Assembly (NCBI GenBank): GCA_964641225.1
Contig: CAZXKC010000002.1
Coordinates: 52,893-116,892, forward strand
Length of the DNA: 64,000 nt
Reading direction: 5' to 3'
Source of the DNA: an uncultured Candidatus Saccharibacteria bacterium
GTDB taxonomy: Bacteria; Patescibacteriota; Minisyncoccia; UBA6257; 1-14-0-10-44-23
Part shown: positions 9,223 to 18,625 of the stretch, one piece after another
How the letters are laid out: each line of letters begins with the position of its first letter
How positions within the stretch are numbered: position 1 is the first letter of the stretch
Notes under the pieces: generated by a model
Seen by the model: the letters and a program-made list of their open reading frames with translations, nothing else
The model's database searches: none
Told to the model about the DNA's origin: nothing
Program-made: the position numbers and the translations under genes

Positions 9223-10950
9223 TTACTGCTTCGTCTCAATGGCTTGCCCGAGTTCAGGGGAACAGGCGCGGATAAGTAAACCGATGCCGCTAGCGCCATT
9301 ATTAATGCTTTGTACGGCGTAATACGTTTTTGCGGCTGAGCCGATGAGCGGGTCGATCGGTAGCGCGGGTAAATAGGTTGGTACAAAGGTTGGCGCAAGG
9401 TTCAGACAGGCATTTGCGGTTGAGGCGGTGCTAGTTGTATTTACTGTTCCGCTGCCGCTATTTGAGAAGGCGACGTTTTGGAGTGTTGGCCCAAACGACG
9501 AGGTGTCGGTGTCAAAATATGTTTTGTATTGGAAATAGCGATTTACCGGAACATTTGTAAGTGTGAACGACGGGGTAGTTAGGCTGGCGCTGGCAAGGTT
9601 GTCGTAATAGGTTGCCGCAGTGCCGTCTGGTCCGATAAATGTCTCGCCGCTACAGGCGGAGTCGTTGCAGGAGCGTACCTGGTGGCGCAACTTGAGTGCT
9701 CCACGTTTGTAAAAATCTAAGATCTCCGGAGCCGAGAGCGTGCGGTTAAATAATGCAACTTCATCAATAAGGCCGTTGTACCAGGCGCGGTTGCTGCTAA
9801 TCGAGTCGGAGTTGCGACCAATGTCGAGGGCAGCGGTATTGCTGGCCCAGTTTAGCTGGCCATTGACGCGTGCTGTTGCGATATCTTGAACGCCGTTTAC
9901 GTATATAGTTACCGTTGTTGTGTTCCATGTGAGTGCGACGTGATACCACTGACCGCTGATTAAATTAGTCGTGCCCAGAAGTATCTGTTGCGAATTAGTT
10001 GAGCCGTTGTTCCAGCCAAGGTGCACCTTCAGATTGTGTGGCCCGCCGCTGTTTGTTCGAAAAATTTCAATACCATATCCGCCCGGAGTATTTAGGTTGG
10101 CGCCATAGTCTGGCTTGCGAATAACGCCCATACCAGTGTTTGCTGCAAGATTGAGAGTCGGCTGAATCCAGAGCATTACGCTACCACCCGTATTTGGTAA
10201 ATTAAGAGTTGCATTGTTGGCAATTGAAACGTAGTTATTTGATGTGCCGGGCCATGAGAGCGCTTTGTTAAGTTTGCCGGTTGCGTTATAGCCCACAGCG
10301 CCGTTTATCGTGCCGTTATTGGTATTGCCCGAGGTGTCTACGAGCGCGCCGCTTGTTTCGTTGAGGTGCAGCAGCATTCGATTGCCGGTCATCGAGGCAT
10401 TACCTGCAGGGTAGCTGGTTTCTGTGGCGGCTGCGTTTGGCAGTTCTTTATTGTGGGGTGCGCCAGGAGTCCAGCTGATCGTATTCCAGGTTTGGGCTGA
10501 GGCGGCATCTTTAATGCTGCTTGTATAGGTTCCAGTTTTTGCGGTCAGTCCGGCTGCAGTTAAATCAATTGCAGCTATCGGAGTATTCCACTGCGTAGAG
10601 GCATAGGTACCTGAGGCAAAGGTTATGAGGCTATTATCGAGAAATGAATTAATAACTGAGGCGAGCGTATCTGGCCCGCAGATTACGTTGCACGTCGAGG
10701 TTGCCGTGCCCAGCATCTGAAGCGTGGTCGTGACTCCGGCAGGGAAGGCGCCATTTTGTTCTATCGCGTATTGATTGAGAGCGCCCAGAATTTTTTGCAG
10801 ATCTCCGGAGCGCTGCGTGTTGTGTGCGGCACTAAAATTCCGTTTCGGATTAACGGCAATAATCGTAATCGTTGCCAGCATGGCAATAATTCCGATAGTT
10901 ACCAGTACCTCAAGAAGCGTGAAGCCATTTTTAGTTGTGATACTGCGCAT
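9223..10950 (-). CDS. Type IV pilin-like protein with an internal LamG/ConA-like domain
   Basis: KNG|FTLLEVLV prepilin site; WYHVALTW, IYVNG, GLIDEVALFNRTLS; pilin-like C-terminus LPIDP. Confidence 0.85.
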   Translation of the reverse strand: MRSITTKNGFTLLEVLVTIGIIAMLATITIIAVNPKRNFSAAHNTQRSGDLQKILGALNQYAIEQNGAFPAGVTTTLQMLGTATSTCNVICGPDTLASVINSFLDNSLITFASGTYASTQWNTPIAAIDLTAAGLTAKTGTYTSSIKDAASAQTWNTISWTPGAPHNKELPNAAATETSYPAGNASMTGNRMLLHLNETSGALVDTSGNTNNGTINGAVGYNATGKLNKALSWPGTSNNYVSIANNATLNLPNTGGSVMLWIQPTLNLAANTGMGVIRKPDYGANLNTPGGYGIEIFRTNSGGPHNLKVHLGWNNGSTNSQQILLGTTNLISGQWYHVALTWNTTTVTIYVNGVQDIATARVNGQLNWASNTAALDIGRNSDSISSNRAWYNGLIDEVALFNRTLSAPEILDFYKRGALKLRHQVRSCNDSACSGETFIGPDGTAATYYDNLASASLTTPSFTLTNVPVNRYFQYKTYFDTDTSSFGPTLQNVAFSNSGSGTVNTTSTASTANACLNLAPTFVPTYLPALPIDPLIGSAAKTYYAVQSINNGASGIGLLIRACSPELGQAIETKQ

Positions 10951-11346
10951 ACTCCTAGTATAGCGCACGCACGTTATCGGTGAGCGCCTTCGTCCAGGAT
11001 GTTCGAACCTTTTGTCTCGATCCGAAGAACAGAGAGGCAATCGAAATGATGAGGGGCATGTTGAGGAGGATGGGCGGCAAGAGTGATCACTGCAAAGGCG
11101 CCTGAATGGCTGAGGGTCTCACAGAGTGAGACCCTTGTGGCGCGACGGGCATTGCCCGCGCAAACTTGCCACGCGGGCCTCGGCGGTTGTCACCCTAGTA
11201 ACTTGCCCATGCAGTACCACGGGCTGTCGAGTGACGGTTGCCGGTGCCAGACCTACTGTATCATTGTCATTCTCGCGCCGCAAACATCAGGGCTGTAGTG
11301 CCCTGTCTCTCTTCCGCAATCGTCTGAACCATGGCACTCTGTAGCG

Positions 11347-11532
11347 ATGCAACTAACCGATGAGGACATCCGCAAGTTCCGGCAGATATGGAAAGAGGAG
11401 TTCAATGAAGAGATTACAGAAGGCTACACACGCCAGCGCGCAATAGCCGTACTCGAAATGATGGTGTTGATGCTTAAGCACCAGGCGAAACAGAGTTCAC
11501 CAAGTTCACAGAGTTCAGGAAGCGAGGAGTGA
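11347..11532 (+). CDS. Small hypothetical protein of a type I associate with integrative elements
   Basis: MQLTDEDIRKFRQIWKEEFNEEIT pattern. Confidence 0.6.
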   Translation: MQLTDEDIRKFRQIWKEEFNEEITEGYTRQRAIAVLEMMVLMLKHQAKQSSPSSQSSGSEE

Positions 11533-11649
11533 TGTGGGTTGAAGCGATGAACTTCGGTGGTGAACACTGGACTTGAAGTTCACCAGAAACTCGAAGGCCG
11601 CCCGGTGGACGACATTCGAGTCGTGAGGGCGGCCCATGCTCTCTGGTCA

Positions 11650-11922
11650 TCAGGAAGTAGGCTCCGGGTTCTTGATCTTCTCCTTCGCCCCGATGAAAAC
11701 GAGGCTGAAGATCACGATCCAGAGGGCGATACCCAAGATGGCGCTCACAAGTTCGTTCGATCGCAGTTCCATCCACGATTGCAGAGCGAACACCCCGAGC
11801 AGTCCCAGGGTGATGACAGGCAGATTGCGTCTGCTGTCTCCGTAGAAGAAGAGTACGAAGCTGATCAGAAGGATCACCATGCAGGCGATGAACTCAGTAA
11901 TCGTAAGATCGGAGCGAGACAT
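11650..11922 (-). CDS. Small 3-TM hypothetical protein
   Basis: SD aaagggg before MSRSDL; three hydrophobic segments. Confidence 0.6.
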   Translation of the reverse strand: MSRSDLTITEFIACMVILLISFVLFFYGDSRRNLPVITLGLLGVFALQSWMELRSNELVSAILGIALWIVIFSLVFIGAKEKIKNPEPTS

Positions 11923-12138
11923 TATGAACCCCTTTCTTGAGGCGCCGAAAACGTTCGGCTCGGCCCAACTCTCTAGACTTGTTATATAAGAGCACTGACT
12001 AGTGAAAATTGCAAATGGCGGCGATGTTGCCGATTGCGGCAAACCGCTACTGCTATCGGGCGAAAGCAGAGCGAGCTAAACTGGCCGCGAACCCTGAAAG
12101 GATGGGTGGAGTTGAAGTTTGCCGGAGTCGGCTATATG

Positions 12139-12209
12139 AGCGGGTAACGGGAGTCGAACCCGTGTTTTGACCTTGGCAAGGTCACATAATACCGTTATAT
12201 GATACCCGC
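12139..12209 (-). tRNA. tRNA-Gly (GCC)
   Basis: Reverse complement gcgggta...tgacc-tt-GCC-aa-ggtca...ggttcgactccc...tacccgct. Confidence 0.93.
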
Positions 12210-12291
12210 ATACGCTCTATGGCGGGCAAGCCCGCCGCGTAGGTTTCGTCAATTATTGTATTCGAAATAGCCCTCTGTTGCAAGCGCGGTC

Positions 12292-12504
12292 TTATTTAAG
12301 TGAGGGTGGTGCAGAGGTGGGACCAGTAACGTGTGGTGCGCCTATTGGGCCAACAAAGTCGTCTACGGGTACGGTCTGTCTCTGCGCGGTAGGCGAGACA
12401 AGTCCGCTGAATACGGGGGCAAGATAGAGCAGAATCATACCGAGTGCGACGAAAAAGATAACTACGCCCTTAAGAAATTTCTTACTGCCTTTTGTGAGTG
12501 CCAT
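12292..12504 (-). CDS. Small single-TM protein
   Basis: Basic N-terminus, TM, Pro-rich tail. Confidence 0.65.
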   Translation of the reverse strand: MALTKGSKKFLKGVVIFFVALGMILLYLAPVFSGLVSPTAQRQTVPVDDFVGPIGAPHVTGPTSAPPSLK

Positions 12505-12552
12505 AAAATGAGTATAACAGATTTGTAAAAAAATATGATCACAGCACTGCGA

Positions 12553-12664
12553 CGCCTTCTCCGCGCGAGTACGCGCTCCGCGGTGTGCGCCTTGATGCTC
12601 GTTTTAGTTGCGTCTGCCTACCGGTAGGCAGGCCTGTCGCGGCGCAAAGGTTGCATCAAGGGCA
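12553..12664. repeat. Structured repeat, family B, copy 1 (nested palindrome at 12612-12633)
   Basis: Shares gcgccttgatgc, gcggcgcaaagg and atcaagggc with 54328..54418. Confidence 0.7.
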
Positions 12665-12748
12665 GATATGCAAAGACCCACTGCCTCACGCAGCGGGTCT
12701 TGTACAGGTATTAGTATACCACGAATTCTAAAGAGGGGGCTGTGGAAA

Positions 12749-13024
12749 CTATTTCACAGCGTCTTTGAGGAGCTTACCAGCCTTAAATTTAGGAACCTTT
12801 GATGCAGCGATCTGGATTTTGGCTCCGGTTTTCGGGTTAACACCGGCGCGAGCGGCGCGCTTTGCAACCTTAAAGGTACCAAAGCCGGTGATACCGACCT
12901 CGTCGCCTTTCTTGAGTGCGGTGGTAATCGTATCAAAGAACCATTCAACGATCTCGCCAGCTTGTTTTTTTGTCTCAAGACCTGCTCCTTTGTAGAGCGC
13001 TTCAACCATGTCGTCCTTCTTCAT
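12749..13024 (-). CDS. hup: HU family DNA-binding protein
   Basis: GFGTFKVAKRAARAGVNPKTG...PKFKAGKLLK. Confidence 0.95.
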   Translation of the reverse strand: MKKDDMVEALYKGAGLETKKQAGEIVEWFFDTITTALKKGDEVGITGFGTFKVAKRAARAGVNPKTGAKIQIAASKVPKFKAGKLLKDAVK

Positions 13025-13123
13025 AGAAATTATTTTTAATTTAGTAATGCTGGAATTATACACGAGGCCTTAGAAAACAAGCAATAGCGCGGATTTATGG
13101 CTGTGAATATCTTGTATTAAAAA

Positions 13124-13159
13124 TAATCCGGGCGGCACCAGCTGGTGCCGCCCGGATTA
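13124..13159. repeat. CCGGGCGG-type perfect palindrome (36 bp)
   Basis: taatccgggcggcaccag|ctggtgccgcccggatta. Confidence 0.8.
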
Positions 13160-13188
13160 AAATCATTTTTTATCTTTATCTCGCGTAC

Positions 13189-13496
13189 CAGGTAGTAGCG
13201 ACGCAAGCATTAGTTTGGTTCGCGTAATTGTTCGCGCAACATTCTTTTGATTGCCCATGCGCCCTGACTTGTTTTCAGGTATCGTTCTCTGCGCCGAGCG
13301 TCTTCTTCGTTGCGATGCCCTTCAAAATAAATAACTTTCCATGGCGCATAGGGCGCAGTTGATTTGTTTTCTTTACGATTATGTTCTTCTAGGCGACGTT
13401 TCAAGTCGGTCGTAAGGCCAACATACAGCCCACGGTCTTTATTCATTAAGACATACACCGTGAAAAACATCATCGCACTTGCGTCGTCACTACCTG
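13189..13496. mobile_element. 308-bp TIR/TSD-bounded element carrying a GIY-YIG nuclease
   Basis: TIRs 13189-13207 and 13478-13496 (17/19 match); GCGTAC direct repeat at 13183-13188 and 13497-13502. Confidence 0.8.
13210..13473 (-). CDS. Small GIY-YIG nuclease
   Basis: VYVL...LYVGLTTDLKRRLEEHN...ARRRERYLK. Confidence 0.92.
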   Translation of the reverse strand: MMFFTVYVLMNKDRGLYVGLTTDLKRRLEEHNRKENKSTAPYAPWKVIYFEGHRNEEDARRRERYLKTSQGAWAIKRMLREQLREPN

Positions 13497-15016
13497 GCGT
13501 ACTCAACTGCTCGAGTTTCGCGAATCACGTTGACTTTGATTTCACCCGGATACTTCATGTCCGTTTGAATTTTGTTTGCGATGTTACGTGCCATGTCGAG
13601 CGCGGCAAAGTCATCGATCTTTTCTGGAATTACGAATACGCGGATTTCGCGGCCGGCTGAAAGAGCGTAGGCCTGCTTAACTCCTTCAAACTTGCTCGTT
13701 ATTTCTTCCAGATCTTTAAGGCGCTTAATATATTGCTCGACGGTGTCGCGGCGAGCACCTGGGCGAGCAGCCGAGAGAATGTCGGCCATCGTAACGATGT
13801 ACGCCTCAGGCGAGGAGAATGGGTAGTCCTCGTGATGGCTTTCCATAGCAGTGATAACGGCCTGCTCTACGCCGTATTTAGCCAAAATTTTGCGACCAAG
13901 TTCAACGTGCGTACCTTCAACTTCGTGGCTGATTGCTTTGCCAATGTCATGGACAAGTGCGCCTTTTTTGGCGATATCAACATTAACGCCGAGTTCGCGG
14001 GCGACCATGCCGGCAATGTGGGCCATTTCAACTGAGTGCAAAAGCACGTTCTGACCATAGCTGGTGCGGAAGTGCAGGCGACCCAAAAGCTGGAGAATTT
14101 CCTTTGGAAAACCAGTAATACCGACTTCAAGCGTGGCCTGTTCGCCGATTTCCTGCATGCGGCGGATGAGCTCTGTTTTACAAGCCTCGACGGTTTCTTC
14201 GATGCGAGCAGGCTGAATGCGGCCGTCTTTAATCATTTTGTCGAGCGTCATACGCGCGATCTCGCGACGAAGGGGATCAAATGACGAAAGAATGATTGAC
14301 TCCGGTGCCTCGTCGATAATAATTTCAACACCCGTAGCTCGTTCAAGCGCCTTAATGTTGCGACCCTCGCGGCCGATGATTTTTCCTTTAATATCTTCTG
14401 ACGGCAGGTGGAATACTGAGGTGGTAACATCAGCAACCTGGCTGCGCGCGTAGCGCATCAGTGCGGTCGTGATAATTTCCGAGGTTTTCTTTTCAATTTC
14501 ATCGCGACGTTCGTGTTCTACTTTTTGAATCGTGGCGACCATGTCGGCCTTGTAGCGCTCCGTAATGTCTTTAATAATCATCGACTTTGCCTCCTCAGCC
14601 TTCATGCCGGTGATTTTTTCCAGGTGAGCGACGGCTTTGGCGTGTGTTGCGTCTGCGTCTGCTTTAAGAGAATCAACTTTTTTCAGCTCCTCCTGAAGCT
14701 TTGTTTCTCGAGAGGTGATATTGCTCGACTGTGATTCAAGGGTCTCTTCGCGCTTAATAAGGCGCTCCTCAGTTTTGTTGAGCTTTTCCGTGCGATCGCG
14801 TTCGGCTTTTTGACTCTCATTAAGAACCTCGGCCGCTTTTAATTTTGCGTCGGCAACAAGATGCTCGGCCTTTTTCTCTGCCTCGGCAAGCTTAACTTTT
14901 ATTTCTGCATCAACTGACGCTGCTGTCTTGCTGCTACGTGATTTACTGACAAAGAAGCCCGCCGCCGCTCCGACAACTAAAAATACCCAAACCAGTGGGT
15001 TGGAGAGAAAGTTCAT
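13490..15016 (-). CDS. rny: Ribonuclease Y
   Basis: N-terminal TM, coiled coil, KH (KGKIIGREGRNI), HD (LVHDIGK), C-terminal RETRAVEYAR. Confidence 0.97.
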   Translation of the reverse strand: MNFLSNPLVWVFLVVGAAAGFFVSKSRSSKTAASVDAEIKVKLAEAEKKAEHLVADAKLKAAEVLNESQKAERDRTEKLNKTEERLIKREETLESQSSNITSRETKLQEELKKVDSLKADADATHAKAVAHLEKITGMKAEEAKSMIIKDITERYKADMVATIQKVEHERRDEIEKKTSEIITTALMRYARSQVADVTTSVFHLPSEDIKGKIIGREGRNIKALERATGVEIIIDEAPESIILSSFDPLRREIARMTLDKMIKDGRIQPARIEETVEACKTELIRRMQEIGEQATLEVGITGFPKEILQLLGRLHFRTSYGQNVLLHSVEMAHIAGMVARELGVNVDIAKKGALVHDIGKAISHEVEGTHVELGRKILAKYGVEQAVITAMESHHEDYPFSSPEAYIVTMADILSAARPGARRDTVEQYIKRLKDLEEITSKFEGVKQAYALSAGREIRVFVIPEKIDDFAALDMARNIANKIQTDMKYPGEIKVNVIRETRAVEYAR

Positions 15017-15144
15017 AAGTGATAAGGTCCCGTATGATATTCGTAGTCAAATAAGTGACCATGAAGGCAAAAGGGATGTAAGAATTAGCTAAATAATTAG
15101 AAAACTATCTTCATTAGTATACGCACTATATCAGAAAATGGCAA

Positions 15145-15189
15145 TTGACAAATTTCTAGTATATAGTGATATTGGTTGCGGTTCTTTGA
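15145..15189 (+). promoter_or_regulatory. Sigma70-type promoter plus boxA-like motif
   Basis: TTGACA-17-GATATT then GTTCTTTGA. Confidence 0.55.
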
Positions 15190-15220
15190 TTTCTTAATTC
15201 AACCAAAAGGGAGGTGGTTT

Positions 15221-16372
15221 GTGTCTCGAACAAGAGGCAATTCGCTTCCGGCGGCTGTTGTTGCTGAGTGCGAAGAGTTGATCATTCAGTTTCGCGAGCA
15301 AGGACTCAAATTGCACGAAATTGGCGAAGAGCTCGGGATGACCAAAAACAGAGTTGGTCAAATGGCCGCCCGACTGATTCGGGAGGGGCGCTTGAAGTCA
15401 AAGTGGAGCACGTTTTGCGGTGAAGCTAGCGACCTAACGTTTCGTGAGAGGCTTCAAGGGCGCGATAGCAAGATTGTCGCTTTTGTAGCAGAAGGGCTTT
15501 GCGTTTCAGAGATCGCAGTGCGGCTCGGCCTTGCCTATAGTGGCGTGTATTCTGCTGTCCGGGGGCTTGTTCAAAGAGGATGTATACCCAAGCCAAAGTC
15601 AAAGCGGGGGTGGTACACGAGGAGCGGAAGGCCCTCTTTCGAGGAGAGAAACAAGGGGTCGATCGCGGTCATAATTGCGATGAAAAAGCAACGCGTAACT
15701 ACTAGAGAGATTGCTGGTGTCCTTAGAATTAGTTGTCGGCGCGTTCGGGAGCTTGCCGGAGAAATTTTGCAGTTGCGCGGTCCGGATATTTTCAAGCCAG
15801 ATGAAGCGCTTTGGATCGCCAAGGAGCTTTGTAGGATCACCGGATGTACTCCGGAATTTCTCAGGAATCTCTGTAAGCGAGGACTTATCCCATTCAGGCA
15901 AGACGACCCCGAAGGTCAGAGGATCTTCAATCAGGAGAGCTTGGTGGCTTTGGTGAAGCGGATGGAGGAGATTGGTCCTAGGAAGCGGGCCTGCCTCGCT
16001 TGTAAGACTGAATTCGTCGGTCGAGCTAATTTTTGCACTGTACGGTGCAAAAATCGTCATCGGTATCTGACCAGAGGAGAGTGGCAACCAGATTGTTCTC
16101 ATGGTTGGCGAAAGATTCTTTGGGAAAGGTTGCAGGGGTACGTTATTTCCGAAGCTGAAGATTGGATCGGTCTGACCGAAGCAGCTCAGCGTGCGGGGCT
16201 GAGTAAAAATCAATTGCTCTATCTTGAGGATATCGCAATTGTCGTGACTAGCCCGCATCCGAATAGGTTATGGTGTGGTCGACCGAAAAAAATGTACGCC
16301 GCAAGTCAAATGGCAATCATCAAGGAGGTGCACCAGCAGTTTCAGAAAAAACCAAGCTCATCTGCGAGCTAG
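15221..16372 (+). CDS. Multi-HTH DNA-binding protein with a Cys4 zinc ribbon
   Basis: Repeated EIG/EIA HTH motifs, two MerR-like HTHs, CLAC...FCTVRC; GGAGGT SD before GTG. Confidence 0.7.
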   Translation: MSRTRGNSLPAAVVAECEELIIQFREQGLKLHEIGEELGMTKNRVGQMAARLIREGRLKSKWSTFCGEASDLTFRERLQGRDSKIVAFVAEGLCVSEIAVRLGLAYSGVYSAVRGLVQRGCIPKPKSKRGWYTRSGRPSFEERNKGSIAVIIAMKKQRVTTREIAGVLRISCRRVRELAGEILQLRGPDIFKPDEALWIAKELCRITGCTPEFLRNLCKRGLIPFRQDDPEGQRIFNQESLVALVKRMEEIGPRKRACLACKTEFVGRANFCTVRCKNRHRYLTRGEWQPDCSHGWRKILWERLQGYVISEAEDWIGLTEAAQRAGLSKNQLLYLEDIAIVVTSPHPNRLWCGRPKKMYAASQMAIIKEVHQQFQKKPSSSAS

Positions 16373-16441
16373 GTTCGCGAGAGAGGTCGTGTCTTCGGAT
16401 GCGACCTCTTTTCGTTATCTGAAAATGCTATACTTGTAGCC

Positions 16442-18004
16442 ATGGCTGATAAACCGATGTTGGTACTGGCGATCTTAGATGGCTGGGGAGTGGGTAGAAA
16501 GGATTTTACGAATCCGCTGGCTAAGGCGACACTGACAACAATTCCGTACCTTGAACAGCACTATCTGAGCGGCTCACTGCAGGCCTCGGGTATTGCAGTT
16601 GGCTTGCCCTGGACCGAGGTGGGCAACTCCGAGGTGGGGCATTTAACCATTGGCGCCGGCAAGGTGCTCTATCAACACTACCCGCGCATTACATTGGCGA
16701 TTGAACGTGGAGAGTTTCAAAAAAATTCTGTCTTTGTAGAGGCATTTGAGCACGTGAAGAAACATAGCTCTGCCTTAAACATAGCCAGCTTGTTAACCGA
16801 AGGGGCAATTCATGCCGCCTTTGATCATCTTGCAGCACTGATTCAGGCAGCGGCTGATAATGGAGTGAAGCAGGTTAATCTCCATTTATTTGCCGACGGT
16901 AAAGATAGTCGGCCGCATTCTGTTATATCGCTGCTTACAAAATTGCGCGATGTGACGGCTGCTGCCGGCGTTGGCACACTGGCGAGTCTCTCCGGGCGTC
17001 ATTTCGCACTTGATCGCGACAGTCATTACGACCGGACGCAAAAAGCCTATGATGCGATGGTGGGAACCATACCGGTTACCGATAAACCGGTTGAGTCGCT
17101 CATAAATACATTTTATGAAATTGATCAGAGCGATGAGTATTTTTTGCCGGTTGCGCTTGCTCCAAGCGGGCACTCTGTGGGGGATAACGATGCGCTGATT
17201 TTTTGCGATTTTCGCGAGGACTCAATTCGTCAGATCGCCGCTGCGTTTATAGAACCCGCATTTGATAAGTTTCCGGTGAAAAAATTTACTAATCTGTTTG
17301 TGGCGACGATGACCGAGTATACAAAGCATTTTAATGTGCCGGTCGCATTTCCGCCTGAGGATATTACGATGCCGCTCGGTAAGGTGCTCGCAGACGCACA
17401 GCTCAAGCAGTTGCTGATTGCGGAGACAGAAAAATATGCTCACGTGACGTATTTTTTCAACGGATATCGCGACGAAACTTTTAATGGCCAGACAAAAGTA
17501 CTTATTCCATCGCGCAACGTTGAGCGTCATGACCTCGAGCCGGAGATGATGGCGCAGACTATTGCCGACCGCGTTGTTGATGCGCTTACCAAGCATACCT
17601 ATGACGTCATTGTTCTGAACTTTGCTAATGCCGACATGATTGCACACACCGGCAATTTTAATGCCGCGATTACCGCCGCGCAGACCGTTGATGAGCAGCT
17701 GGGCAGAATCGTCAAAGCCTGCGAAGAGACCGATAGTTATCTTGTGGTGACCGCCGATCACGGCAACGTTGAGGTGATGCTTGATGTAATGACGGGGAAC
17801 CCGGAAACGTCTCATGATCCAAGCCCGGTGCCGCTGTATATTCTTGGGCCGGAATTTAAACATGCCGCCGCCGCTTCTGGGGTCTCTGCTGAAGGAGCAA
17901 TTGGCATCCTCTCTGACGTCGCTCCAACGATTTTGGAATTACTCGCACTTAAAAAACCAAACGAGATGACCGGTCAAAGTCTGCTCGGACTTTTAAAGTC
18001 ATAA
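16442..18004 (+). CDS. gpmI: 2,3-bisphosphoglycerate-independent phosphoglycerate mutase
   Basis: ILDGWG, GNSEVGH, AETEKYAHVTYFFNG, ADMIAHTG, TADHGN. Confidence 0.96.
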   Translation: MADKPMLVLAILDGWGVGRKDFTNPLAKATLTTIPYLEQHYLSGSLQASGIAVGLPWTEVGNSEVGHLTIGAGKVLYQHYPRITLAIERGEFQKNSVFVEAFEHVKKHSSALNIASLLTEGAIHAAFDHLAALIQAAADNGVKQVNLHLFADGKDSRPHSVISLLTKLRDVTAAAGVGTLASLSGRHFALDRDSHYDRTQKAYDAMVGTIPVTDKPVESLINTFYEIDQSDEYFLPVALAPSGHSVGDNDALIFCDFREDSIRQIAAAFIEPAFDKFPVKKFTNLFVATMTEYTKHFNVPVAFPPEDITMPLGKVLADAQLKQLLIAETEKYAHVTYFFNGYRDETFNGQTKVLIPSRNVERHDLEPEMMAQTIADRVVDALTKHTYDVIVLNFANADMIAHTGNFNAAITAAQTVDEQLGRIVKACEETDSYLVVTADHGNVEVMLDVMTGNPETSHDPSPVPLYILGPEFKHAAAASGVSAEGAIGILSDVAPTILELLALKKPNEMTGQSLLGLLKS

Positions 18005-18008
18005 CGGT

Positions 18009-18581
18009 ATGCCAGAGAAGACGCTCATGCAAAAAATTTTTACGATGCGGCACATGGCGTATTTTGTGCTCGTCGCGTTTATTATCGTCGCGTCATATCT
18101 CTTAGTTGTCTCCGGTGTGCTCGACAAATGGGCGGCGCTGGGCGGCTGGTGGTTGATCCTCATGACCTTTGTGGGAGGACTGTGCTTTACCTCATTTTCA
18201 ACCACGCCGTTATCAGTAGCAATTTTTGTGGTGCTCGCGCGTGATGGCAACGTGCCGCTCTATCAAATCGCACTCTTAGGAGGCTTTGGGGCAATGCTGG
18301 GCGACGCCGGCTTGATAAGCACTGTGAAGATGAGTATTCTCGATGATTTGTTCGAATACTTTGTCCGTAAAACGCATGGAGCATTTGCTCAGTTCGCCAT
18401 AAAGCCCATTGTTCGTGTACTGGCGGTGGTACTAGGTGCGCTCGTGATTGCCTCGCCGCTACCTGACGAGGTTGGTTTGTCGATGATGGGTATGACGCAG
18501 TTGCCAATGCGTTACATTATGCTTGTCTCATTTGTGATCAATTCCGCGGCCATTGCCGGAATTATTTATTTTGTGCGATAA
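18009..18581 (+). CDS. Multi-pass membrane protein
   Basis: GAMLGD and IASPLPDE motifs; about 5 TM. Confidence 0.75.
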   Translation: MPEKTLMQKIFTMRHMAYFVLVAFIIVASYLLVVSGVLDKWAALGGWWLILMTFVGGLCFTSFSTTPLSVAIFVVLARDGNVPLYQIALLGGFGAMLGDAGLISTVKMSILDDLFEYFVRKTHGAFAQFAIKPIVRVLAVVLGALVIASPLPDEVGLSMMGMTQLPMRYIMLVSFVINSAAIAGIIYFVR

Positions 18582-18625
18582 GAGAAACCTGTACGAAAGT
18601 ACGAATCTCGACGTATAATTGGTGC

